Assembly: GCA_032128115.1 (NCBI GenBank) | Contig: JAQBHB010000047.1 | Span: forward strand, 128,001 to 192,000 | Source of the DNA: Deltaproteobacteria bacterium | Lineage (GTDB): Bacteria; Myxococcota_A; UBA9160; SMWR01 | Length of the DNA: 64,000 bases | Direction: 5' to 3' | Part shown: positions 37,094 to 45,558 of the stretch, piece after piece | How the letters are laid out: each line of letters opens with the position of its first letter | Numbering within the stretch: position 1 is the stretch's first letter | Made by a program: the position numbers and the translations under genes | Notes under the pieces: model-generated | Told to the model about the DNA's origin: nothing | The model's database searches: none | The model's input: only the letters and a program-made list of their open reading frames with translations

Positions 37094-37957
37094 GTGAAGT
37101 TCTGGCAGACGCTTTCGTTCACCGAGACGGACCAGCTGGTCGACCTGGCGAAGATCAGCGAGGAAGTGGGCTTCCACGGCGTCTTCCTCTCGGACCACGT
37201 GTTCGTGCCCGAGAAGATCGGGTCGCGGTATCCCTACTCGGAGGACGGCAGCCCGCCGTTCACGACCGAAACCGAGTGGCCCGAACCGTGGGTCAGCATC
37301 GGAGCCATGGCGGCCGTCACCACCCGGCTGCATTTCAGCACGGCCATCTACATCGCTCCCCTGCGCCATCCCCTGGAGGTGGCAAAGTCGGTTTCCACCG
37401 CCTCGATCCTGTCCGGCGGGCGCGTGGCCCTGGGTGTGGGCGCGGGCTGGGTGGCCGAGGAGTATGCCCAGCTGGGGCGGGAGTTCGGGAACCGGGGTCG
37501 CCGACTGGACGAGATGATCCAGGTGCTGCGCTGCGTCTGGAAGGGGGGCATGGTCGAGCACCGCGGGGCCCACTACGCGTTCGATCGCCTGCAGGTGAGT
37601 CCGGCGCCGGGCGCTCCCATTCCCATCTACGTGGGGGGCGCCAGTGGACCCGCCCTTCGCCGGGCGGCACGCAACGACGGCTGGATCGGAGCCGGGAACG
37701 ATCCGGACGCGGTGCCGGCACTGGTGGAGAGGCTGCGCGGGCTGCGCACGGAGGCCGGGCGGGAATCCGAGCCCTTCGAAACCATCGTTGCGGTTACGGT
37801 GCCCCCGGACCGGGATCTCTTCCGGCGCCTGGAAGACGCGGGAGTCACCGGCATGATCAGCTACCCGATGCTGTTCACGCTGGGGCCCGGGACCACGCTC
37901 GACCAGAAACGCGCTGCACTCGAGCAGTACGGCAACGACATCATCGCTCGAACCTGA
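37094..37957 (+). CDS. LLM-class F420-dependent oxidoreductase (TIGR03619-like)
   Basis: SDHVF.PE.I.SRYPYSEDG, WPEPWV.I.AMAAVT, LGVGAGW..EEY. Confidence 0.87.
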   Translation: MKFWQTLSFTETDQLVDLAKISEEVGFHGVFLSDHVFVPEKIGSRYPYSEDGSPPFTTETEWPEPWVSIGAMAAVTTRLHFSTAIYIAPLRHPLEVAKSVSTASILSGGRVALGVGAGWVAEEYAQLGREFGNRGRRLDEMIQVLRCVWKGGMVEHRGAHYAFDRLQVSPAPGAPIPIYVGGASGPALRRAARNDGWIGAGNDPDAVPALVERLRGLRTEAGRESEPFETIVAVTVPPDRDLFRRLEDAGVTGMISYPMLFTLGPGTTLDQKRAALEQYGNDIIART

Positions 37958-37961
37958 TGCC

Positions 37962-38006
37962 AGCGCGCCCGCCGAAGGCTCGCGGCGGGCCTTCGGCGGG
38001 CGCGCT
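37962..38006. repeat. Long near-perfect intergenic inverted repeat
   Basis: AGCGCGCCCGCCGAAGGCTCGC-G-GCGGGCCTTCGGCGGGCGCGCT: 22-nt arms, 18 outer bp perfect. Confidence 0.85.
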
Positions 38007-38038
38007 AGGCTGCAGTCCGCGCGGGTCCAGGAGGAATC

Positions 38039-39040
38039 ATGGCTTCGTCGCTGCGGAACTGGGGCGAGATCCTGCGCACCCAGAACCTGTCGTCCGAGCG
38101 GACGATGGATCGGGTTTCCCGCTGGCTGCTGATCACTCGCGCCAGCGTCTTCCCCATGACCATAACGTCGGCCCTGATCGGTGGTGTGCTGGCGGCGGGT
38201 GACCGGAACGCGAACTGGATCTACTTCACGGTCGCGCTGATCGGGCTTACCCTGGCCCACGCCGCCAACAACATGATCAACGACTACTTCGACCTGGAAG
38301 AGGGGGTCGATACAGACGAGTACGTGCGCGCTCAGTACGCGCCCCATCCGGTGCTCTCGGGCATGATCTCGAAGAAGGGGCTGTTGCTGGCCATCGCCGT
38401 GGTCAACCTGATCGACCTGGCGATCCTGCTCTTTCTCACGGAGGTGCGCGGCTGGCCGGTGGCGGCCTTCGCCATCGCGGGGCTGTTCATCAGCGTGTTC
38501 TACGTGGCGCCGCCGCTGAAGCTCAAGCACCGGGGCCTGGGTGAGCCCGGCGTGTTCCTGGTGTGGGGGCCGCTGATGATCGGCGGCACCTATTATGCCA
38601 CCGCGGGGACCATGCCGGCCTGGGTGCTGGTGGCGAGCCTTCCGTACGCGATCCTGGTCACCAGCGTGCTCATGGGAAAGCACATCGACAAGTTCGAGGC
38701 CGACAGCGAGCGCCACATCCGGACGCTTCCGGTGATCATGGGGCGAGAGCGCGCCACGTTCCTGACCCAGGAGCTGATGGTGGCGTTCTTCGTGCTGGTA
38801 TTGTGCCTGGTGCTGCTTGGCACTTTCGGCCTGTGGACGCTGCTGGTGTTCGGGGCGGTGCCCAACCTGTGGCAGTCGCTGCGGATCTACAACCAGCCGA
38901 AGCCGTCGTCTCCGCCAGCCAACTATCCAATCTGGCCGCTCTGGTATGTGGCCTGGGCCTTCCGCCTCACCCGCAACGCGGGCGCGTTGTTGGTGATCGG
39001 ATTGATCCTGAGCGCCATCTTCCCCGATCACCGGCTCTAG
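38039..39040 (+). CDS. UbiA-family prenyltransferase, MenA-like
   Basis: TRA, NMINDYFD...GVD, FYVAPPLKLK.RGLGE, HIDK.EAD.....TLPV. Confidence 0.8.
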   Translation: MASSLRNWGEILRTQNLSSERTMDRVSRWLLITRASVFPMTITSALIGGVLAAGDRNANWIYFTVALIGLTLAHAANNMINDYFDLEEGVDTDEYVRAQYAPHPVLSGMISKKGLLLAIAVVNLIDLAILLFLTEVRGWPVAAFAIAGLFISVFYVAPPLKLKHRGLGEPGVFLVWGPLMIGGTYYATAGTMPAWVLVASLPYAILVTSVLMGKHIDKFEADSERHIRTLPVIMGRERATFLTQELMVAFFVLVLCLVLLGTFGLWTLLVFGAVPNLWQSLRIYNQPKPSSPPANYPIWPLWYVAWAFRLTRNAGALLVIGLILSAIFPDHRL

Positions 39041-39732
39041 TCCTGGAGCAGCCAGTCGAAGGCGCGGCGCATGACGCGGCGGCCGGCGTGTTGCAGCACC
39101 ACGCCGTGGCTCACCACCACCCGGTCGAAGTCCCAGGCCAGGATCGTTTCCAGGGAACTGCGAAGCGCCTCCCGATCGCGGACCAGGCGCTTGACGTGGC
39201 GCCCGACGGCGAATGCCTCGTGGATGCCCATGGCGCGCATCCACATCCGCGTCCAGAGGTTCTCGCCCCACTGCAGGTTGAAGGCCAGATCGGCGAGAAG
39301 AAGGCTGCGGCTGGCGACGTGGAGGAACGCCACCTCGTTCAGGTAGGGCATCCCGTGGCAGACCTGTTGGTAGAGGCTGCCGGCCCAATCGTCGGGCGCC
39401 CGATCGTCGAGAACCGCGTCGAAGTGAAGCTCCGCGCGTTTCTCGGCGAGGCCCGGCGCGGCGTGACAACGCGCCTCCGGGTAGGCGCGCTGGCAGGCCG
39501 CCACGAACAGATGGTGGACCTTGTTGGGTGCCACCAGGTGGCGGACGGTCCCCAGCGCCGCAAGCTCCGCCCGGCTGGTGGCGTCCAGGGCCACGGGCGA
39601 GTGCAGAAGCAGCGCCCCGTCCGGGAGGCGCACCACCGTCATGCGAGCCCCCACCCGGAGGCCGAACGTCCGCAGGGGGCTCTCGACCGTCCAGAGATCC
39701 TCGTCCAGCTGGCGGAGTCCGGAACTCAGCAA
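39037..39732 (-). CDS. DUF4336 domain protein
   Basis: RMTVVRLPDG.LLLHSPV, APNKVHHLF, EVAFLH..SRSL.LADL, WDFDRVVVSHG. Probable TTG start overlapping the upstream stop. Confidence 0.85.
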   Translation of the reverse strand: MLSSGLRQLDEDLWTVESPLRTFGLRVGARMTVVRLPDGALLLHSPVALDATSRAELAALGTVRHLVAPNKVHHLFVAACQRAYPEARCHAAPGLAEKRAELHFDAVLDDRAPDDWAGSLYQQVCHGMPYLNEVAFLHVASRSLLLADLAFNLQWGENLWTRMWMRAMGIHEAFAVGRHVKRLVRDREALRSSLETILAWDFDRVVVSHGVVLQHAGRRVMRRAFDWLLQD

Positions 39733-40895
39733 TCGCCTTCGGGCCCACAACATTCCGCCGAGGCCTCGAGGCTGGCGTCGTAGGCCTGGCCCTTGGTCTC
39801 GCGGGATGTGCGCGGAGCCGTGCGTGTGCAGTCGAACGGCCGGCGTTCGGCCTCCGGAATCTCGATCCTCGGCGGCACGGCGATCACGTGCTCATGGTAG
39901 GGATCGGCGCTGAGCAGTCGATAGGTCTTGGCGCACACGGCCGTGCGCTCGCCGCGGCGCAGCACGTGCCCATCGTCGTCCTGAACCTGGCTCCAGGGGC
40001 CCCGGTAGATCACGGCCTGGTTGGCCTCGAAGCAGGGGCCCTGCTTTCCCTTGCTCGCGGTGACGGTGACCGAGCGGAACTCGATGCCCTGGACCACCCG
40101 GAACGGCTCTGCGGCCCACTGGTCTATCGCGATCCCGTGGAAGCCCGCCGCGGCAAGGGCGGCCAACAGCTCGTCTTCCACGAAGGCGCCGGAGACGCAG
40201 CCACTCCACAGCTCCGGATCGGCGCGGAGCTCGTCGGGAACCGGTTCGTCGCTTACGATGTCGGAGATGGCAATCCGGCCCCCCGGGCGCAGCACCCGGA
40301 AGATCTCGCGGATCAACTGGGCGCGGTCGTCCGCATGCACCAGGTTGAGCACACAGTTCGAGACGACCACATCGACCGAGGCATCGGCGATCAGGGGCCG
40401 CTCGCGGCGGAGACGCGCCGCGGCGGCTTGTGCCTCCTCCCAGCCCCGACTGTCGCGAACCGGGCAGTCCGCGAGCCAGGCGTCCAGGGCATCCGGGTCC
40501 AGCGCCAGGTCCTGGATGCGACCGCGCCGGAACTCCACGTTGGCGTAGCCCACCTGTTCGGCCACCCGGGGCGCTGCGCCCCGGGCCAGGGCCAGCATGC
40601 TGTCGTTCATGTCCACGCCGATCACGGAGCCGCGGGGTCCGACCACCTGGGAGGCGATGAAGCAGATCTTGCCGCCGCCGCTCCCCAGGTCGAGCACCGT
40701 GTCGCCGGAACGCACATGACGCGAGGGGTCGCCGCAGCCGTAGTCGCGGTCAAGCACTTCCGGAGGAATCGCCGCCAGGTAACGGGCGTCGTAGTCCACC
40801 GGGCAGCACAGGGCTTCTTCGCGTTCCCGGGCCGCCGCCGCATATCGCGTGCCCACCGCGAGCTCGACTTCGAACGAATCGCTGCTGGATGCCAT
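39726..40895 (-). CDS. ArsM-like (arsenite) SAM-dependent methyltransferase
   Basis: LCCPVDY, DYGCGDP, VLDLGSGGG, VSNCVLNL, LWSGCVSGA and a C-terminal CC..C. Retains the ArsM-type cysteine set. Confidence 0.75.
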   Translation of the reverse strand: MASSSDSFEVELAVGTRYAAAAREREEALCCPVDYDARYLAAIPPEVLDRDYGCGDPSRHVRSGDTVLDLGSGGGKICFIASQVVGPRGSVIGVDMNDSMLALARGAAPRVAEQVGYANVEFRRGRIQDLALDPDALDAWLADCPVRDSRGWEEAQAAAARLRRERPLIADASVDVVVSNCVLNLVHADDRAQLIREIFRVLRPGGRIAISDIVSDEPVPDELRADPELWSGCVSGAFVEDELLAALAAAGFHGIAIDQWAAEPFRVVQGIEFRSVTVTASKGKQGPCFEANQAVIYRGPWSQVQDDDGHVLRRGERTAVCAKTYRLLSADPYHEHVIAVPPRIEIPEAERRPFDCTRTAPRTSRETKGQAYDASLEASAECCGPEGDC

Positions 40896-41084
40896 GGATT
40901 CCGACTCCTGAGGCTCGAGGGGTTGTGGGAAGATCGGGGAGTTCCGGTCGGTTCGATGCGCCGCCTGCCGCGAGGGATTCTAGGTGGTTGTCGGCCCCGT
41001 GGGGCCCGAGCGTCAGGGGCACCGCCGAGGCATCTGGGCTGATAACCTGGCGCGTCATCACAACCCCCAGTGAGGTCTTGAAAA

Positions 41085-42323
41085 ATGGGCGATGCCTGGA
41101 TTCTCGATGCCGTTCGCACACCCCGAGGCCGGGGCAAGCAGGAGGTCGGCGCGCTGTCCGGCATCCACCCCCAGGACCTGCTGTCCACCTGTCTGAATGC
41201 CCTGGTGGAACGCATGGGCATCGACTCGCGCGACGTCGAAGACGTGGTGGCCGGCTGTGTCACCGCGGTCGGCGAGCAGGGAGCCTGCATCGCCCGCACG
41301 TCAGTGCTCAACGCGGGCTGGGACGGCGAGTCGGCGACTGGCGTCACGCTGAACCGATTCTGCGGGTCTGGCCAGCAGGCCGTGAATTTCGCCGCCATGG
41401 GCGTGATGGCTGGCCAGCAGGACCTGGTGATCGGCGGCGGCGTCGAATCCATGTCGCGCAATCCCATGGGTTCCGACAAGTCGGGCCTCGCCGGCCACAA
41501 CCCGCACCTGGAGGCGCTGCACCCGCTGGTGCCCCAGGGCATCTCCGCGGACCTGATCGCCGCCGTCGAGGGCTTCCGCCGCGAAGAACTGGATGCGTTC
41601 GCTGCCCAGAGTCAGGAACGCGCCCAGGTGGCCCAGAAAGAGGGCCGCTTCGATGGCAGCCTGATCCCGGTGTACGACCGCGAGGGAAAGCTCGCCCTGG
41701 ATCGCGACGAGCACCCGCGCGCCGGCACCACGGCCGAGGGTCTGGCTCGGCTCAAACCCTCGTTCACCGAGATGGGGGCCTATCGACCCAAGGGCTCGGA
41801 ACTCAGCATGGACGAGCGGGCGATGCTCCGGTATCCGCAGGTGAAGAAGATCGAACACGTGCACCACGCCGGGAACTCGTCGGGGATCGTCGACGGCGCC
41901 AGCGCCATCTTGATCGCATCGCCCGAGTATGCGCGCAAGCACGGGCTCCGCCCCCGCGCGCGCATCCTGGCAATGGCCACCGCGGCCAGCGAGCCGATCA
42001 TCATGCTCACGGCGCCCACGCCTGCCAGCAAGCGCTGCTTCGAGCGGGCGGGCATGGAGGTCTCGGATATCGATCTGGTGGAGATCAACGAGGCCTTCGC
42101 CGCGATTCCGCTGAAGACGACACGCGACCTGGGTCTCGATCCGGACAAGGTCAACGTGAACGGTGGCGCCATCGCGCTGGGCCACCCCCTGGGCGCCACC
42201 GGCGGCATGCTGATCGGTACGCTGCTTGACGAGCTCGAACGGCGCGACCAGACCACGGGCCTCGTCACCATGTGCATCGGTGGAGGCATGGGCATCGCCA
42301 CCATCCTCGAGAGGATCTCCTAG
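41085..42323 (+). CDS. Acetyl-CoA C-acyltransferase (thiolase)
   Basis: [49 protein letters not shown]. Confidence 0.95.
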   Translation: MGDAWILDAVRTPRGRGKQEVGALSGIHPQDLLSTCLNALVERMGIDSRDVEDVVAGCVTAVGEQGACIARTSVLNAGWDGESATGVTLNRFCGSGQQAVNFAAMGVMAGQQDLVIGGGVESMSRNPMGSDKSGLAGHNPHLEALHPLVPQGISADLIAAVEGFRREELDAFAAQSQERAQVAQKEGRFDGSLIPVYDREGKLALDRDEHPRAGTTAEGLARLKPSFTEMGAYRPKGSELSMDERAMLRYPQVKKIEHVHHAGNSSGIVDGASAILIASPEYARKHGLRPRARILAMATAASEPIIMLTAPTPASKRCFERAGMEVSDIDLVEINEAFAAIPLKTTRDLGLDPDKVNVNGGAIALGHPLGATGGMLIGTLLDELERRDQTTGLVTMCIGGGMGIATILERIS

Positions 42324-42422
42324 GGCCGGGCACCGCTCGATCGCCTCAGAACATCGTTTGGATCTGGCCGGAATCGAGATTCTATCCCCAAACAGGCCCT
42401 TGCGCCGCTAGAATGCACACCG

Positions 42423-43853
42423 GTGGGGAAGGGTTACGCGCGGCTTTCGGCCCAGGATGGCTCGTACCTTGCCTTCGAGGCAGCGGGCAGTCACGCCCAC
42501 ATCACGGCCGTTGCCGTCTTCGAGATGGGCCCCTTGCTCGCGGGCAGTGGTGGTCTCGACATCGAACGCATCCGTCGTCACGTGGAGTCGCGGCTCCCGT
42601 TGCTGCCCCACTATCGCCAGCGCATCGCCTTTACCCCGGTGCAGCGTCACCCGATCTGGGTGGACGATCCTCGCTTCGATCTGCGGTACCACGTTCGCCA
42701 CACCGGTCTGCCGCAGCCCGGTGGCGACGCCGACCTCAAGGAGCTGACCAGTCGTATCAGCTCACAGCCCCTGGATCGTGACAAGCCGCGTTGGGAGATC
42801 TGGTTCGTCGAGGGACTGAGCGGCGATCGCTTCGCCGCTGTCGCCAAGGTGCATCACAGCCTGGTGGACGGTGTCTCCGGCGTGAACGTGCTCATGTCGC
42901 TCCTGAGTCCCACGGTCGATGACGTGCTGGAGCCGGCCGCGCGCTGGAAGCCGCAGGCGCCGCCCGGCCTGCTCGACTTCCTGAAAGACGGCGTGACCGA
43001 GGGCGCCGGGTTCGGAGCCTCCGCGCTGCGGACCGCCAGCGGCGTCCTGTCCAGCCCGCGAAAGACCTTCGACGATGTGGCGCGGGGGGCCATGTCGGCC
43101 TGGGAGACCCTCGCCGGGGGACTCACCCGGCCGGCCGAGACTCCCATCAACCAGCCCATCGGAAGCCAGCGCCGCGTCGACTGGGTGAGTCTTGATCTGG
43201 GCCAGGTGCGCGATGTCCGCAAACGGCTCGACGGATCGCTCAACGACGTGGTGCTCACGATCGTGACCGGCGCCGTGCGCAGCCTGCTCCAGAAGCGCAA
43301 GGTTCCGCTGCGCGGCCTCGACTACCGGGTGACGGTTCCGGTCGACGTTCGCACGGGGCCCGTGGACCCGGGGGTTGCCAACAAGGTCTCCGCCTGGTTC
43401 TTGAGCCTGCCGGTGGCGGAACGCAACCCCAAGCGGCGCTTCGAGAAGATCAGCGCCGAGACGCGGCGCCTGAAGAAGGCGAAGGCCGAGGACGGGGTCG
43501 ATTTGTTCCTGCGCTTCGCCGACTGGAGTGGGTCGTCGATGCTGCCGTCGGGCTTCGTAAACCTGGTGGGGATGCTGCGCCCCTACAACCTGATCGTGAG
43601 CAACATCCACGGCCCGGCGTTCCCGCTGTATCTGCTGGGCGCAAGGCTGAATGCGTTCTATCCCCACCTGCCGCTGTTCAAGAACCAGGGCCTGGCGGTG
43701 GCGGCCATGAGCTATCTGGACAAGCTCAACGTGGGGCTGATCGGCGATTGGGACCTGATGCACGACCTGGCCGACTTCAAGGGCCACATCGAGGAGTCGG
43801 TCGAGGCCCTATGGGTCGCGGCCGGCGGCGCCCCGCCCGCAAGCATGCCGTAG
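42423..43853 (+). CDS. Wax ester synthase / diacylglycerol acyltransferase (WS/DGAT)
   Basis: RLSAQD..L, WVDDPRFDL.YHV, LDRDKPRWE, HHSLVDG catalytic motif, NLIVSNIHGP. Confidence 0.93.
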   Translation: MGKGYARLSAQDGSYLAFEAAGSHAHITAVAVFEMGPLLAGSGGLDIERIRRHVESRLPLLPHYRQRIAFTPVQRHPIWVDDPRFDLRYHVRHTGLPQPGGDADLKELTSRISSQPLDRDKPRWEIWFVEGLSGDRFAAVAKVHHSLVDGVSGVNVLMSLLSPTVDDVLEPAARWKPQAPPGLLDFLKDGVTEGAGFGASALRTASGVLSSPRKTFDDVARGAMSAWETLAGGLTRPAETPINQPIGSQRRVDWVSLDLGQVRDVRKRLDGSLNDVVLTIVTGAVRSLLQKRKVPLRGLDYRVTVPVDVRTGPVDPGVANKVSAWFLSLPVAERNPKRRFEKISAETRRLKKAKAEDGVDLFLRFADWSGSSMLPSGFVNLVGMLRPYNLIVSNIHGPAFPLYLLGARLNAFYPHLPLFKNQGLAVAAMSYLDKLNVGLIGDWDLMHDLADFKGHIEESVEALWVAAGGAPPASMP

Positions 43854-43912
43854 GCCCGCGCAGTTCAGCGCGGCAAGCACGCCGTGGGCCCGCGCAGTTC
43901 AGCGCCGCAAGC
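43839..43912. repeat. 34-bp tandem repeat (2 copies plus a partial third) spanning the WS/DGAT stop
   Basis: GCAAGCAYGCCGTRGGCCCGCGCAGTTCAGCGCS starting at 43839, 43873 and (partial) 43907. Confidence 0.85.
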
Positions 43913-44022
43913 GGGCCGCAAGGCTCGTGCGCCACGGAGCGCTTGTTCCGATTCGAGCGGGCGAGAGTCGCGGCCATGCCGTGCCGCGTGCCGGGTATGC
44001 AATCAGGAGGCGGAGGATCGCA

Positions 44023-44640
44023 TCACGTGTCGTCGCGGGGCGGCTTCGCCCCCAGGCCGGCCAGCAGGAACTCGGTGGTGGAGTTGGCGATCTCGTCGAG
44101 GGAGCGCTTCTCCACCAGCTGGCTGAGGGAGTGGGGTGACACCAGTGCGAACCAGACCGCCACTACGTACTCCACATCCACGTCGGGGCGGAAGTGTCCC
44201 TGGGCGATGCCGCGATAGATCAGGGCCGAGAACATGTTCCCCAGGCCCACCCGGTCGACCACCCGGTCATACGCGGGAGGCTGGGTGCCGGCCACCAGGG
44301 CGATCGTGAGCTGGCCGTATTCCTTGACCCGCTGGAAGCCGACTTCCATGGTCTGTCTCAGGCAGTCCCGGGCGTCCTCGATGCTGGAGGCGATCTTGTT
44401 CAGGTCGTTCACGGTGCGCCGGGACATTTCCCGCGCGATCTCGAGGATCAGGGCCTCCTTGTTCGGGAAGTGGCGGTAGAGCGTTCCGGCGCCAACCCGG
44501 GCGCGGGCGGCAATCTCCGTGACATCGGCCTCGAAACCGCGCTCGGCCAGCACACTTCGCGCGGCGTCGAGCAGGCGGTCCCGGTTCTGGCGGGCATCGG
44601 ATCGGGTGGCGGCGGTGATCTCGAGTTTCGGCTTCGGCAT
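44023..44640 (-). CDS. TetR/AcrR family regulator (probably leaderless)
   Basis: RSDARQNRDRLLDAA, EIAARARVGAGTLYRHFPNKE. TATGAT 6 nt before the ATG. Confidence 0.9.
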   Translation of the reverse strand: MPKPKLEITAATRSDARQNRDRLLDAARSVLAERGFEADVTEIAARARVGAGTLYRHFPNKEALILEIAREMSRRTVNDLNKIASSIEDARDCLRQTMEVGFQRVKEYGQLTIALVAGTQPPAYDRVVDRVGLGNMFSALIYRGIAQGHFRPDVDVEYVVAVWFALVSPHSLSQLVEKRSLDEIANSTTEFLLAGLGAKPPRDDT

Positions 44641-44647
44641 GCCCGCA

Positions 44648-45508
44648 TCATACCCGGAGATTGGTTCGCGGACCGGCCGCGGCCACGACCCCCTCGATGG
44701 CCTCGATGGCTCCGCCCTCGGCGTTGCTCCGGACCACCCGGTCGGCGGCCGCCCGGGCGGACGCCACCGCGTTTCCCATGGCGATTCCCAGGCCCGCACC
44801 CGCGATCATTTCCACGTCGTTGGTGTCGTCGCCCACGGCGGCGATCTCCTCGGGAGCGATGCCCGCACGGGCAGCCAACCGCTGCAGGGCCGCCCACTTG
44901 CCCGACTCGGGCGACAGGAACTCCAGGATCTTCCCCTGGTAGTTCTTGTTGATCAGGGAGTGCACGCGCACCTGGCCAGCCAGGGCCTCCTCTCCCCGGG
45001 CGCGCAGCGTGGCCAGGCGGTCCGCGTCGCCCATGGTGCTCACCATGATCACGTCGTCTCGGGAGATTCTCGTTGCGTCCTCCACGATGTGACAGAACTC
45101 CCGGTTGTCGTCGAAGTATTCCCGCTGGTAGTCGTGAGCCCGGTCGTGAGATTCGGTGATGATGTCGGTGCGGTCGTCGAAGGCGTCCACGTAGACCAGG
45201 GGTGGGCCCAGGGGGCGAATCAGGGCCAGCACCCGATCGCGAGCTTCGGCCCGCAGGTAGCGGTGGTCCAGGGTCTCGCCCGTTTCCAGATCCTTCACCA
45301 GGACGCCGTTGTTCACCACGATGGGCCCCGAGAGTCCCAGTTCGCGCGCCACAGGCCGGGCGGTGCGAAAGCGCCGGCCGGTGCACAGCACCACCCGGAG
45401 ACCGCGGCGACGGGCGGCGCCCACGGCCTCGCGTACCCCGTGGGTGAGGTCGCCGTAGGGGTCGAGGACGGTCCCGTCCAGGTCGAGAGCGAGCAGGCGG
45501 ATCGACAT
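44648..45508 (-). CDS. Cof-type HAD-IIB hydrolase
   Basis: LALDLDGT, CTGR, NNG, GK, VGDDTND..M, AMGNA. Confidence 0.92.
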   Translation of the reverse strand: MSIRLLALDLDGTVLDPYGDLTHGVREAVGAARRRGLRVVLCTGRRFRTARPVARELGLSGPIVVNNGVLVKDLETGETLDHRYLRAEARDRVLALIRPLGPPLVYVDAFDDRTDIITESHDRAHDYQREYFDDNREFCHIVEDATRISRDDVIMVSTMGDADRLATLRARGEEALAGQVRVHSLINKNYQGKILEFLSPESGKWAALQRLAARAGIAPEEIAAVGDDTNDVEMIAGAGLGIAMGNAVASARAAADRVVRSNAEGGAIEAIEGVVAAAGPRTNLRV

Positions 45509-45558
45509 GGGTGGAATCGGCGAGTGTGCCGTGGCGCGGGGCGCGGCGCGAGTCCGTC

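Noticed and set aside
40896..41084. SAM-I riboswitch upstream of the methyltransferase (minus-strand TTATC...CAACC)
   Set aside because: The conserved AGAG/GAGGGA and GGTGC..ATTCC elements are missing, and a closer -10 lies downstream of it.
43839..43912. CRISPR array
   Set aside because: The repeats are directly adjacent with no spacers, there are only two copies, and no cas genes are present.
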